Below, piece after piece: positions 1 through 9,999 of a DNA stretch of 42,119 bases. This DNA comes from a virus (lineage: Duplodnaviria; Caudoviricetes). The notes below the pieces were generated by a model. That model did not search any database. It saw only the letters and a list, made by a program, of their open reading frames with translations, and was not told the origin of the DNA. The stretch covers positions 1 to 42,119 of IMG/VR virus record IMGVR_UViG_3300020234_000023. One strand, given 5' to 3'. Position 1 is the first letter of the stretch, and each line of letters opens with the position of its first letter. Both the position numbers and the translations under genes were made by a program.

Positions 1-1650
1 AACGGCTCCGAGGCGAAATTCCAGATTTACATGAACTGCTCCACGAACTGCAACGTGGCCTCCGGTCCAACTACGGGTCAAGTATGGGATGCCAACGCCG
101 CTGATCAGCGGCTCATCAACCTGGATTATTGGGGAACGGGCAACACTGGTACGAACGGCTCGGGTGTAGGTGTCCGTTGGGGCGATGGCGTTATTATCGG
201 CGGTTCCTTTGGCTTCTCACGGGAGGACGGCTCCATTGGTATGTTCGGCGCGGATGCGGATATTACGCACTCCATTGGCCCTCCCGCTGTGGCTGGTGTC
301 ACAAATGCTCGCCTTCGAGTGTTGAACGTTTTGCAAAGCGGCAGCAAGACCGCGTTTTATCGAACCAACGGTACGCCAACTTGTAACGTCACTCTTATCA
401 ACATACTGACCGACGACCGCAGGGCAGGAACCGGCGTGTCACCCGCCAGCAATGCAAACAACAACGTATCGATGGATTTCACTTTCGAGGAAATTTACAC
501 CGGCTTGGTGCAGAATACTCGCTTGGTTGTCGAGCGTGATGTGGATAGTGTCGTTGCAGATAGTGATGTTGCTGGTGCTGATGGACAGGCATTGATCCGG
601 CTTCTACATGAAGAAGTGACAGGGCTTACCTCGGATAACAAATTTACAGCTTTTGCTATGGGATGCTGGATGTACAACTTCGATCCAGTTGTTGCCGACA
701 TTGATGAATCAACTACACCTGTTTTATCTGGTACTGCCGAGGATTTGCAATTTGGTGGCGTACTCGTACAGCCTCCTGATCTTAATATTACCCAATCAAC
801 TCAGGCGACCGTTGCTTCCTACACAGACATAGATACTTCTGATAAGTTATACGACAGGGCAGCAGATTGGAAGATGCTGACTGATGCGAATACTCAATAC
901 CCAACGATTAAAACCAAGCTGATCACTGCCGAAGGTAATCTTTGTGCTGTCGCAGTAGGAACTGACTTGGATATTGATAGCGGGGCTGCTGCTGTTTTTG
1001 CCGTAAACACAGGAACAGACCTATTGACCATTGACTGCGCCACAGTCTTTGATGTAGGTAGTACATTTGCCGGTATCAAGGCAGACAATATTGATTTTAA
1101 TGGTAGCTCGACCATCGGTGACAATCTGATCCTCACTGGCAATGTATCTATATTTGCTGCTATGAACCTGACAGGCGTAATCATTAATGGCGATCTGCGA
1201 ATTGCAACAGGCGCGAACTCCACACTGACCTTCGATAATGTCATCGTGACTGGTAACATATTCAACGACAGCGGTAGTAACACCTTGACGATTAACGCAA
1301 CTGGTGGTTCATTAACTGCTGGTGATCCAGGTACTGGTAATGGCCAGACAAATATTGTAAACTCAGTTAATATTACAATTACAGTGCTTGATCGTTCTGA
1401 TGATACTCCAATTGAGTTTGCTCATGTGTTACTATACTTAACCTCTGATTTCACAACACAGGTTATAAATGCTGCTACTAATGCGAGTGGTGTGGCTTCA
1501 ACTACTTTTAACTTTTCCAGTGATGCTGGTGTTGAAGGGTGGGTTCGTAACGTAGATTTTGTAGATGATGATTACAGGCCTGAGAATATCAGTGGCACGA
1601 TAACCTCAAATGGTTTTGCTATTACAGTTCGGTTAACGCCAACTTCTTAA
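1..1650 (+). CDS. Virion structural / tail-fibre-like protein, 5'-truncated
   Basis: Frame is open from base 1, upstream of ATG 31. Gly/Thr/Asn/Asp-rich and beta-rich, with a beta-helix-like stretch (NLILTGNVSIFAAMNLTGVIINGDL) and an Ig-like C-terminus (VNITITVLD...TNASGVAS). Lies in the late operon. Confidence 0.55.
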   Translation, partial: NGSEAKFQIYMNCSTNCNVASGPTTGQVWDANAADQRLINLDYWGTGNTGTNGSGVGVRWGDGVIIGGSFGFSREDGSIGMFGADADITHSIGPPAVAGVTNARLRVLNVLQSGSKTAFYRTNGTPTCNVTLINILTDDRRAGTGVSPASNANNNVSMDFTFEEIYTGLVQNTRLVVERDVDSVVADSDVAGADGQALIRLLHEEVTGLTSDNKFTAFAMGCWMYNFDPVVADIDESTTPVLSGTAEDLQFGGVLVQPPDLNITQSTQATVASYTDIDTSDKLYDRAADWKMLTDANTQYPTIKTKLITAEGNLCAVAVGTDLDIDSGAAAVFAVNTGTDLLTIDCATVFDVGSTFAGIKADNIDFNGSSTIGDNLILTGNVSIFAAMNLTGVIINGDLRIATGANSTLTFDNVIVTGNIFNDSGSNTLTINATGGSLTAGDPGTGNGQTNIVNSVNITITVLDRSDDTPIEFAHVLLYLTSDFTTQVINAATNASGVASTTFNFSSDAGVEGWVRNVDFVDDDYRPENISGTITSNGFAITVRLTPTS

Positions 1651-1662
1651 GAGGATAGAATA

Positions 1663-3435
1663 ATGACAGTTTATGATAGAGATGCCGATCCTGCAACTGC
1701 AGTAACCGCGTGGTTGGCTCAATTCGCAATTGCAGCAGATGGTGCAATTACCTTCGATACAGGAACTGATACGTTTCATGTCTGGTGGTTACACAGGGCC
1801 CTGCAGAAAAAGGTATGGGATTTTTCTGTTGCCGGTAATGACTTGCTCAACCTGGCAAAGCCTAACCCAAGTACGTCGGAGGCGTTGGGTACGATCATTA
1901 CCCTTGAAGACCATACGACGAACTACTCTGTAAGGTATAACATTACTGATACTGTGGCGGAGTCGCACTTCGGTGGGTCGGTTGAGCAGCAAAATGGTTC
2001 ATCGCAGACCGAGCGTTTTTCTGGTCTGATCGTGCTTGGTTCAGCTCCAGGTGGTACAGAACTGCAGATCGTGCAGAATCGTGTGCTAGTAACCTCTTTC
2101 TGGGGTACGGGTTTGAATCAGACTGACAGTAACACGTTGCTACGTATCTTGGTGAAAACCATTGTGGCGGGAGTTGACGTTGATCTACAGATTATTAATG
2201 TTAAGGCGTCTGAGTTTGGTGATTCTTATGCTGTGTGGGAGACTACACTAGGCCTTGGTGAAAAGGTTGCAGCTATCACGACAGTTGCCGATCCGAACAA
2301 TCTGACCGCGCTTGGTACGGTGCAAGCCTTTACTGGTTTTGCTGGAGTAGGTGCGACAGTGGAAGGTTATGATCTCCTTGATGTAGATGGTAACGGAGCC
2401 GATCCATTCCTTGGTACCTTATCGTTTGCTGGATTGACTGGCAATCAGAATAAAGGTGCGCTGTATGAGGTTATCAAAGCGTACTTGGTTCGAGGTACTT
2501 CCGACACGTTATTTGGTTTGGATGGCGACTTGTATACCGCGAGGCTTTTCCAGCTGACGGTTGCTACAGGATCGGGTTCCCAGGTTTATGTGCAGAACGA
2601 AGATATAACATGGGCTGGTGGCGGTGAAGGTATCTTCCTAGGTGCTGATGATGTAGACGAGGATAACACTACTCGTATCGTTATACTCCTGACTAAGGGT
2701 ATTGCGCCGGTTAATACTGACGTTGTTACGGGTGCGACCAATGGAGCGAATAATACGGTATCCTCAACAGAGAAGCTGGCGGCTGCTGCAAACTATATCG
2801 GAGTGTTTACTGCTACGAACTGGATTGCCGCACAGGGTATTGGCTTCTTGCCTTCGGAGTTGATCTTTGGCGATTCGGTTACAGCACTTGACGGTCAGAC
2901 ACCTAGCGTACCGCAGAACGTGGCCCTTACAGTTAACGTAACTGTGGATAACCTTGATGATCCGTTTATCTTCCTTGCAGAGAAAGACCCAGGTTTGGAC
3001 GCTCCGGAGTATGACAAGTATTCCGGTACTGCGCAGGGTACGAGTGTTAGTGTTGTAATCATTGATACTGCGATTGATGCGGATGAACCTCAAACAGGTT
3101 TCGTTGGGGTGCTGCATACAGGTAGAACGTACTTTACCTTCTATGAGTTTGATTCGTGGGCAGGTTCGACGTTCCAGCTTGTCGGTACGACTGATGCAAT
3201 TGCCATTACGGCAGGCGATGATGTATTTATCGCGTACTTCTATCAGGCATTAGCCGGTACGGGTACTTTACAGACTGCTACACGGAGTTTTGTGTTTGAT
3301 TCTGGTACACGCGATTTCGTTGGATGGGTAAGGCATGGTGATCCGGCGATTCCGGACAAGCCTGTAGATATAGCGTTTAATGCAGTGGGATCGAACCCAC
3401 AGACCTTAACGGTTGTTATGGCTAACGAGAGTTAA
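1663..3435 (+). CDS. Acidic beta-rich virion structural protein (tail-associated)
   Basis: 590 aa, SD GAGGA upstream, Thr/Gly/Asp-rich, no enzyme motifs, located among tail genes. Confidence 0.5.
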   Translation: MTVYDRDADPATAVTAWLAQFAIAADGAITFDTGTDTFHVWWLHRALQKKVWDFSVAGNDLLNLAKPNPSTSEALGTIITLEDHTTNYSVRYNITDTVAESHFGGSVEQQNGSSQTERFSGLIVLGSAPGGTELQIVQNRVLVTSFWGTGLNQTDSNTLLRILVKTIVAGVDVDLQIINVKASEFGDSYAVWETTLGLGEKVAAITTVADPNNLTALGTVQAFTGFAGVGATVEGYDLLDVDGNGADPFLGTLSFAGLTGNQNKGALYEVIKAYLVRGTSDTLFGLDGDLYTARLFQLTVATGSGSQVYVQNEDITWAGGGEGIFLGADDVDEDNTTRIVILLTKGIAPVNTDVVTGATNGANNTVSSTEKLAAAANYIGVFTATNWIAAQGIGFLPSELIFGDSVTALDGQTPSVPQNVALTVNVTVDNLDDPFIFLAEKDPGLDAPEYDKYSGTAQGTSVSVVIIDTAIDADEPQTGFVGVLHTGRTYFTFYEFDSWAGSTFQLVGTTDAIAITAGDDVFIAYFYQALAGTGTLQTATRSFVFDSGTRDFVGWVRHGDPAIPDKPVDIAFNAVGSNPQTLTVVMANES

Positions 3436-3439
3436 ATGA

Positions 3440-4009
3440 ATGTCTTATACCGTCGACTGGATAGGGAAGGCAATCACCATCCCTACTTCAGATTTAACCT
3501 TGGTGGGTGGCACCGAGTATGACCTGGATATGTCGGAGTTCTGGTTGGAGCTTCGACGTTTAGAGGCAGACCCTAATGAAGGGTTGTGGGCGCCTCAAAT
3601 CCTGGCCCATGCGAATACGCGAACGCTGGCAGGTACTACGTTTATCATGGAGAATGAAGTGATAAACGGGTACACCGTTCAGTTTAGTGGTGTAGCTACT
3701 CGGGTGAATCTGAGGGCAGATAACGATAATCTCGCTGACGTGTTTGTAGCAACAGGGATTACGTTGGTGACCTTTAACTCAGCGGGTAATACGCTGACGG
3801 TTACTGGTTCGGGTGTGACTGCACAGGACAAGCTTGATATAGCAGATCAAGTGTGGAAAGAGATTTTGGCAGATCATTCTGGTGATGCTGGTTCGGCTGC
3901 AGAGGCGTTAGATAATGTTGCTGCAGGTGCTTCACCGACAACTATTGCGGCTGCGGTGTGGAATCACATTAAGGCCTTGACTTTTAACAAATGGTATGGT
4001 AATAGATAA
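3440..4009 (+). CDS. Hypothetical virion protein
   Basis: 189 aa, tightly coupled to its neighbours, C-terminal IAxxVW repeats (IADQVW, IAAAVW). Confidence 0.45.
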   Translation: MSYTVDWIGKAITIPTSDLTLVGGTEYDLDMSEFWLELRRLEADPNEGLWAPQILAHANTRTLAGTTFIMENEVINGYTVQFSGVATRVNLRADNDNLADVFVATGITLVTFNSAGNTLTVTGSGVTAQDKLDIADQVWKEILADHSGDAGSAAEALDNVAAGASPTTIAAAVWNHIKALTFNKWYGNR

Positions 4010-4314
4010 TGAAGTTAAGTGAGAAACAACGAGCGTTCACAAAAGCACTGGCGAAGCTCCTTACTTGGGCGCATGGAGAAGGCTATGAGTTTACATTTGG
4101 GGACGCTATGGCGAAGACTGGCCATGTCACTAAAAGCTATCACTACCAGAGACTGGCTATTGATCTCAATCTGTTTATTGGTGGTGTATATCAGACCTCT
4201 ACAGCAGCTCATTTGCCGATAGGTGAGGAGTGGGTAAAGCTTGGAGGAACGTGGGGCGGGAATTTCCGCAAGAAAGACGGCAACCACTATTCGTGGGGCG
4301 AGGGTAGAAGGTAA
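4009..4314 (+). CDS. Endolysin, peptidase M15 family (Zn peptidoglycan peptidase)
   Basis: SxHxxxxAxD motif (KSYHYQRLAIDLNL) plus WGGNF...DGNHYS; adjacent to a holin. Confidence 0.85.
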   Translation: MKLSEKQRAFTKALAKLLTWAHGEGYEFTFGDAMAKTGHVTKSYHYQRLAIDLNLFIGGVYQTSTAAHLPIGEEWVKLGGTWGGNFRKKDGNHYSWGEGRR

Positions 4315-4712
4315 TGGGACTATTAAGTTTTCTTGGTGGTGGTGCGGCAGTAGCTGCTCCGATTACAGCGATTGGTAATGTGCTTGATGCACTGTTTACC
4401 AGTGATGATGAGCGACTGGATAAGCAAGCGTTACTTACTAAGCTTGCCCAACAGCCTAACCTTGCGCAGGTTGAATTAAACAAGGTTGAAGCGCAACATC
4501 GTTCAACCTTTGTGGCAGGCTGGCGACCATTTATCGGTTGGGTCTGTGGGGTTGGTCTTACTTTCATGTTTCTGATTAATCCTATCCTTCAGTGGATTAC
4601 TTCTAAACCTGGGCCTGCCTTGCCAGAGGATATTGTTCTTGAATTAGTGCTTGCTCTGTTGGGGCTGGGGGCTCTTCGTACCGTTGAGAAAATGAATGGG
4701 AGGGCAAAGTAA
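4314..4712 (+). CDS. Holin, 3-TM GTA-holin type
   Basis: FVAGWRPFIGWVCG signature, hydrophobic segments, LLGLGALRTVEK C-terminus; follows the endolysin. Confidence 0.85.
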   Translation: MGLLSFLGGGAAVAAPITAIGNVLDALFTSDDERLDKQALLTKLAQQPNLAQVELNKVEAQHRSTFVAGWRPFIGWVCGVGLTFMFLINPILQWITSKPGPALPEDIVLELVLALLGLGALRTVEKMNGRAK

Positions 4713-4852
4713 TGGCGCTTAATGCAATACAAATACACGCGAAGCTTCAGCGACAATTGTTGAAGCGGAAGCTCGATAAACGTAATCCGAATCGGAGAAT
4801 AGCAGGCTTTGGCTCTATGTCTCCGAGACGCAGCTTGAGGAAGAACAGATAA
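4712..4852 (+). CDS. 46-aa highly basic peptide (not in ORF track)
   Basis: MALNAIQIHAKLQRQLLKRKLDKRNPNRRIAGFGSMSPRRSLRKNR*. Fills the gap exactly, with TAATG stop/start overlaps at both ends. Confidence 0.7.
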   Translation: MALNAIQIHAKLQRQLLKRKLDKRNPNRRIAGFGSMSPRRSLRKNR

Positions 4853-5259
4853 TGGCTAATGAACTGTATGATACGGGCAGAAATGCCTTCCTGTTAGGTA
4901 ATATTGACTGGGTTGCCGATGATATTCGAGCAATCTTAATAGATACTGGTTTGTATACAGTTGATATTGCCAACCATGATTTCCTGAATGACATTCCATC
5001 TGGTGCCAGAGAGAGTGCGCTTCAGCCTTTAGTAAATGAAGCGGCTGTAGATGGAATTGCAGATGCAGATGATTTGACCTTTCCGCTTATAACGGGTGCA
5101 ACGGTTGAGGCTCTTGTAATCTACAAGCATACAGGTACAGAGTCGACTTCGCAGCTTATTGCTTATATCGATACGGCAGTTGGTATACCGGTAACACCTA
5201 ATGGAGGGGATATTATCATACTCTGGGACAACGGAGTTAATAAGATATTTAAACTGTAA
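4852..5259 (+). CDS. Minor tail / virion structural protein
   Basis: 135 aa; GIADADDLTF...PNGGDIIILWD pattern typical of phage minor tail proteins; SD GAGG. Confidence 0.6.
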   Translation: MANELYDTGRNAFLLGNIDWVADDIRAILIDTGLYTVDIANHDFLNDIPSGARESALQPLVNEAAVDGIADADDLTFPLITGATVEALVIYKHTGTESTSQLIAYIDTAVGIPVTPNGGDIIILWDNGVNKIFKL

Positions 5260-5807
5260 TGGCTTTTACTTATAATGAATCGGTAGGTACTACTTACGAC
5301 TCTGATGCAGGGTTCTTTGATGGCCCTGAGATCATTACACTTGATCTGGTTGATGAGGGTATTGTCTCGGCTGAAGCGTTTGGATCATTTCAGTTAAATC
5401 GGGAAGTAACAGTAACAGGGATAGCTAGTGCTGAAGCTATTGGAGGGCTTCAAGTTAATTTATTGATAAATGATTTGGCAGGGATACCAAGTCAGGAAGC
5501 TTTTGGAAGTCCGCAGGTAAATTACCTAGTATCGCTTGTAGGTATTCCATCTGAGGAATTTTTTGGAGATATTTTAATTCAGGGGAATATTGCGCCTGTA
5601 GCTATTCCTTCTGAAGAGGCTTTTGGAACGCCTCAACTTAACCTACATTTCCATATGGTAGGTCTTTCAACTGAGGAAGCTTTTGGTTCCGTAGTTGTAA
5701 TTAAGCAGTGGGAGAAGGTGTTGCCAAATGATACGGATTGGGCACCAGGTGCGCCGGTAACTGAAGTTTGGACACCGGCAGCTCCCATAAATACTAACTG
5801 GAATTGA
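5259..5807 (+). CDS. Repeat-containing minor tail protein
   Basis: Six ~20-aa repeats of GIxSxEAFG-x-x-Q-L/V. Confidence 0.6.
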   Translation: MAFTYNESVGTTYDSDAGFFDGPEIITLDLVDEGIVSAEAFGSFQLNREVTVTGIASAEAIGGLQVNLLINDLAGIPSQEAFGSPQVNYLVSLVGIPSEEFFGDILIQGNIAPVAIPSEEAFGTPQLNLHFHMVGLSTEEAFGSVVVIKQWEKVLPNDTDWAPGAPVTEVWTPAAPINTNWN

Positions 5808-5817
5808 GGATTTTATA

Positions 5818-6507
5818 ATGGGGTTAGAAACAGGTACCTTTATTGATGATCTCGTTGTAACGAATCCGCTTGGAACGGATGATCGTTCTTCAGCAGACGA
5901 TCATATGCGGCTCCTTAAGAGTGTATTGAAGAATAGTTTTCCGCAGGTTGATGGAGCTATTAATGCAACTGTTACAGAGCTTAATCTCTTAGTAGGTTTA
6001 CTTGCTTCGGCATCTGAAATTAATACAATGGATGGAATTACAGCTTCTACGGCAGAGCTTAATGTCATGGATGGTATTTCGGGTAAGGCAAGTTCAGATA
6101 ATATTATGGATAATTTTCCTGCTGGCACGTTAATGACTTTCCAGCAGACTGCATCGCCAACAGGTTATACAAAGCAGACCACGCATAATGACAAGGCTTT
6201 TCGGGTTGTATCAGGAACGGCTGGAAGCGCGGGTACTAGCCCCTTTACCACAGTATTCGGTTTACAAGCCACTGCTGCTCATACCTTGACTGAGGCACAG
6301 ATGCCTTCGCATGACCACAGTTTAACTTTGGAGCCTAAACACGGTAATAACGGTAGTGCTTCAGGCGTCAGAGGCTGGGGCGCTGACGGACAGAGTGGTT
6401 CTGTTAATGCGTTTACCCAGGATGCTACGGGTGGTGGTGGCTCTCACACTCACAATATTGAAATGAGAGTCCAGTACGTTGACTTAATTATAGCGAGTAA
6501 AAACTAA
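5818..6507 (+). CDS. Tail fibre protein with collar-like domain and HxH motifs
   Basis: N-terminal DDHMRLLKSVLKNSFP, (T)AELNxMDGI repeats, FPAGTLMTFQQTASPTGY collar-like segment, TLTEAQMPSHDH and GSHTH. Confidence 0.75.
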   Translation: MGLETGTFIDDLVVTNPLGTDDRSSADDHMRLLKSVLKNSFPQVDGAINATVTELNLLVGLLASASEINTMDGITASTAELNVMDGISGKASSDNIMDNFPAGTLMTFQQTASPTGYTKQTTHNDKAFRVVSGTAGSAGTSPFTTVFGLQATAAHTLTEAQMPSHDHSLTLEPKHGNNGSASGVRGWGADGQSGSVNAFTQDATGGGGSHTHNIEMRVQYVDLIIASKN

Positions 6508-6917
6508 TGAGTAAGATTACAATTATTCCTGGAGACGATAGGGTTGTCATCGATGGAGTGTTAGAGACAGTTGTATTTACAGGCAACCCGAATATTCACG
6601 TTGTCCACTGGGATGAAGATTCACAATCAGGTACTGTGGAATATCATAATAAACCAGCGGAAGAAATTGACAACTTCGCTCTATATCAACATGTTATAGG
6701 TGAGTATGGAGTTTCTAAAGCTGCGAGGTTACAGCGCGATCAAGATGCAATTGATGATAGGGTTGCAGCTCGAACTCAAACAGAGAAACGATGGGGAGAA
6801 TACCCAACAGATCTTGAACAGTTACATGCCTTGCATGAAGCGAGGCAAGGCGATAGTACTGCTATTGACGCTATTGATATCGAAATTATAGCTATTGATC
6901 TGAAGTATCCGCTGTGA
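6507..6917 (+). CDS. Putative tail fibre assembly chaperone
   Basis: Directly follows the fibre gene; R..EYP..EQL..L and LKYP C-terminal pattern. Confidence 0.55.
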   Translation: MSKITIIPGDDRVVIDGVLETVVFTGNPNIHVVHWDEDSQSGTVEYHNKPAEEIDNFALYQHVIGEYGVSKAARLQRDQDAIDDRVAARTQTEKRWGEYPTDLEQLHALHEARQGDSTAIDAIDIEIIAIDLKYPL

Positions 6918-7231
6918 ATAATAAACCTGATCCAGACGGAACCTGTCCTTATACAGGGCATAAGGATTTGTGCCGAGATCATTATGCGAATTGTCCAAAA
7001 TGGATTCAGGTTATAGGGCATAACCCTAACACTGGTGAGCAGATGAATGAGTGGGCTTGTGCTGATACTTGGCTGCCAATACTTATGATTGAGAACTCCC
7101 AGATGCAAGGAGAGACTGGTGCTGCAGTTGAGTCTTTTAGAAATGAAGTTGTTAAGGTATTTCAATTAGCTCTTGGGAGAGTTCCAGGAGATACCTCACC
7201 AACCCCTAAATTGGTTGAAGGAGATCAGTAA
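6914..7231 (+). CDS. Cys-containing hypothetical phage protein
   Basis: CP...C...C..W pattern and WLPILMIENS...GAAVESFRNE; GTGA overlap with the upstream gene. Confidence 0.55.
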   Translation: MNNKPDPDGTCPYTGHKDLCRDHYANCPKWIQVIGHNPNTGEQMNEWACADTWLPILMIENSQMQGETGAAVESFRNEVVKVFQLALGRVPGDTSPTPKLVEGDQ

Positions 7232-7884
7232 TGCTACGTGATGCTGCAGTAGATTTAATTATGAAGCGCCTCGGCAATAGTTCCGATCTAACGCTTCGGG
7301 ATGATATTATCAACGAGATGGTAAATGCCCAAGATACTATCCTTGAGGGTGATATTCTAAGTCCATGGTTTTTGGTAACAGAAGAAACTACCGCAGTTAC
7401 TACTCTTGGGGACGAGCGTGTAGGATTACCTGCAGACTTTATCTTACCTTGGGAGCAGGGATTCTTGTTTCGTTTTGATGCCACCTTGCCTGATCCTTAT
7501 GTCGAGATGGTTCGAGAAGATTGGGATGAAATTAAGGAAGGTTTGAACTTTCCAGGTATACCTACTCATTATGATATTGCTGGTCGATATATTTTAATGC
7601 GTCCGCTGTCAGATGATGTATATCCTCTTCGTATGCGGTACATTGGGCGAGGCGTTAGTTTAGTAGGTACATACGGAGTAAACAATATTGAGAATGTTTG
7701 GCTGAAGCACGCTGCTGATTGGTTTATAGGAGAGGTAGGCTATATTATCGCTGATCAATATTTACAGCAACCAGCTGCTAAAATTAAATCTTTCCAGTTA
7801 CAGGCAGCTCGTGGTCGTACTAGAGTACACCACCTTAATACAGCTATGGAAGAGACTTTGAAAGTGCGGATACGCGGAGGTTGA
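7231..7884 (+). CDS. Head-tail adaptor (tail tubular protein A-like)
   Basis: 217 aa with LPADF and GIPTHY motifs; sits directly before a nozzle-like gene, as in podoviruses. Confidence 0.65.
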   Translation: MLRDAAVDLIMKRLGNSSDLTLRDDIINEMVNAQDTILEGDILSPWFLVTEETTAVTTLGDERVGLPADFILPWEQGFLFRFDATLPDPYVEMVREDWDEIKEGLNFPGIPTHYDIAGRYILMRPLSDDVYPLRMRYIGRGVSLVGTYGVNNIENVWLKHAADWFIGEVGYIIADQYLQQPAAKIKSFQLQAARGRTRVHHLNTAMEETLKVRIRGG

Positions 7885-7885
7885 A

Positions 7886-9499
7886 ATGCCAAACTTACCT
7901 ATAGAAAATGTGGGGCGCTTCGGGCTCCTTACAGATAAGAAGCCTTATGAGCTGGAAGTAGAAGCTTGGAGTCAGGCTCAGAATATGCGATTTAGTGCTT
8001 TGGGAGCACAGAAGTTTACAGGGCATAAGCTGGTCTATGCGACTACAATGCTGCATGATCCGTTTTGGCTCTTCCCTTGGCTTAGCACAGCAGCCCCAGG
8101 ATTTTCATGGTTGTATCCAAGTCTCACTCGCATGGCACGAATTTTAGGTACCTCGCATGTAGATGTAACTCGCTTTACTACATCGCTGGGTGATGATGAT
8201 TATACTGCTGATATTGATACCCTTTGGTCAGGTACTCTGCTAGGGGATTTGGTTATCTGGTGTTATAACAAGCAGGCTGATCCGCCCCAAACCTTTAATA
8301 TAGCCAATGATCGTTTCGAGGATATTGCTAATTGGCAGACTAATACTTTCGTTGATATCCTTACAGTTGTAGATCGTCATGTAGTTGCTCTAAGGGTGAA
8401 GCGTGACGGTATCGACTTTAATCCTCGCATGGTGAAATGGAGTCAGGCGGCCGATCCAGGTACATATCCAAATTCATGGGATGAGACTGATCCAGCCACC
8501 GGTGCTGGCGAAGTGACTCTTGCAGAAACTCCTGGTGAGATTATGTCGGTAGCGTTATTAGGGAATAGTACGCTTATCTATAAGGATGATAGTGTTATCA
8601 GTATGCGCTTCGTAGGCGGTCAGAATATCTTTAGCTTCAATACGATCTTTTCAGAGTTCGGAGCCCTATCAAGGGAGTCTGTGGGGATTCTTGAGAACTC
8701 GCATGTTGTGGTAACTGAAGGTGATGTGTTGCTTCACAATGGACAGACCTTTAAAAGTGTTATTGATAAGCGCAATCGAAACCTTTTGTTTAAGTTTATG
8801 TCTGCTTCTTTAAAGGGTAAAACTCAGGTTAAAGTATATGAGCAGTTGACTGAAGTTTGGATATGTTACTGTGATGTGAATTCTTTAGGCCAGCTTAACA
8901 AAGCGTTGATTTGGAACTACCTGGATAACACATGGTCACAGCGAGACCTTCAGGAGTTTTCTTATGTAGCCATAGGCTTTATTGATACGATTTCAGTAGG
9001 CCAAAGGTTTGACGATATTTCAGGAACTTTTGATACAGATTTAGGTGCCTTTGACGAGACAGCAGCAGCACCAGTCTTTGATGAGTTGCTTGCTGCAGAT
9101 GTAGCTAACAGGGATTTACTGGCATTGAACTTTACAGAACAGTTCAATGGCGTTAATATGTTTATACAGCTAGAGCGTACAGGATTAGCTATAGTTGGCA
9201 GGGATCGACAGGGTGGCTGGCGTATTGACTTAGATTCTACTAAGTTTGTAAGGCGAGTACATCTAAAGATGGTGGCTAATGGCCCTGTAGACGTATATGT
9301 AGGAGCGCAGCAATTGGTAGGAGGTCCTGTGGCGTGGACAGGCCCATTCTCTTTTGACCCTAATATACAATCTTTCTTCGACTGCAGAATTAACACGAGA
9401 TTTTTTAACTTCAAGATTGAATCGGAAGCTGATATAACGTGGACGCTGCATGGATATACAATTGATCTCAGCATTATAGGTGAGGCTCCTCGACAATGA
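7886..9499 (+). CDS. Tail nozzle / stabilisation protein (tail tubular B, P22 gp10-like)
   Basis: 537 aa, beta-propeller-like (VKWSQAADPGTY, LIYKDDSV, ALIWNYLDNTWS); podovirus synteny. Confidence 0.7.
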   Translation: MPNLPIENVGRFGLLTDKKPYELEVEAWSQAQNMRFSALGAQKFTGHKLVYATTMLHDPFWLFPWLSTAAPGFSWLYPSLTRMARILGTSHVDVTRFTTSLGDDDYTADIDTLWSGTLLGDLVIWCYNKQADPPQTFNIANDRFEDIANWQTNTFVDILTVVDRHVVALRVKRDGIDFNPRMVKWSQAADPGTYPNSWDETDPATGAGEVTLAETPGEIMSVALLGNSTLIYKDDSVISMRFVGGQNIFSFNTIFSEFGALSRESVGILENSHVVVTEGDVLLHNGQTFKSVIDKRNRNLLFKFMSASLKGKTQVKVYEQLTEVWICYCDVNSLGQLNKALIWNYLDNTWSQRDLQEFSYVAIGFIDTISVGQRFDDISGTFDTDLGAFDETAAAPVFDELLAADVANRDLLALNFTEQFNGVNMFIQLERTGLAIVGRDRQGGWRIDLDSTKFVRRVHLKMVANGPVDVYVGAQQLVGGPVAWTGPFSFDPNIQSFFDCRINTRFFNFKIESEADITWTLHGYTIDLSIIGEAPRQ

Positions 9500-9999
9500 G
9501 TCTTGATTTCTCTACAGGGTATCTTCCGCAGACGCCTGAAGAAGTTCCAGCGTTTTTACTGGAGTATACACAGCGTATAGAAGAAAAGTTTGAAGACCTC
9601 CATGAACAGGGTAGGTGGATTCCTGAGCTTCGGGATGATTCGGGAAATGTTGCTACTCATACTGTTCAGGATGGAAGATTTACAAGAGTAAGTAACATGG
9701 TTTGTATAGAAGGTCGGCTGAAAACATCAGATGTTAGTGGGTTATCAGGTGTTATTAGGATTGTAAACCTTCCTTTTATTTCAGATTCAGCTAAACCTAA
9801 CGGTTCTTTGTATGGAGCAATAGGGAATGGATTTGCTTTAACTAATGGTGAATCAGTTGGTGGCGCTATTATTTTAAACGCTACACATCTTACACTATTT
9901 GTATGGAAGGCGTCTACAGGTACAGTACAAATGACAGCAGCAGACTGGACTGATGATGGTGATTTCTTATTTGCAGGTTCTTATCACAGAGGTAACTAA
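9496..9999 (+). CDS. Small tail-associated protein with fibre-tip-like C-terminus
   Basis: QDGRFTRVSNMVCIEG...IVNLPF pattern, ending AGSYH. Confidence 0.5.
   Translation: MSLDFSTGYLPQTPEEVPAFLLEYTQRIEEKFEDLHEQGRWIPELRDDSGNVATHTVQDGRFTRVSNMVCIEGRLKTSDVSGLSGVIRIVNLPFISDSAKPNGSLYGAIGNGFALTNGESVGGAIILNATHLTLFVWKASTGTVQMTAADWTDDGDFLFAGSYHRGN

Noticed and set aside
1-9999. Diversity-generating retroelement or invertible tail-fibre cassette
   Set aside because: No reverse transcriptase, invertase or template/variable repeat pair was seen in the window.
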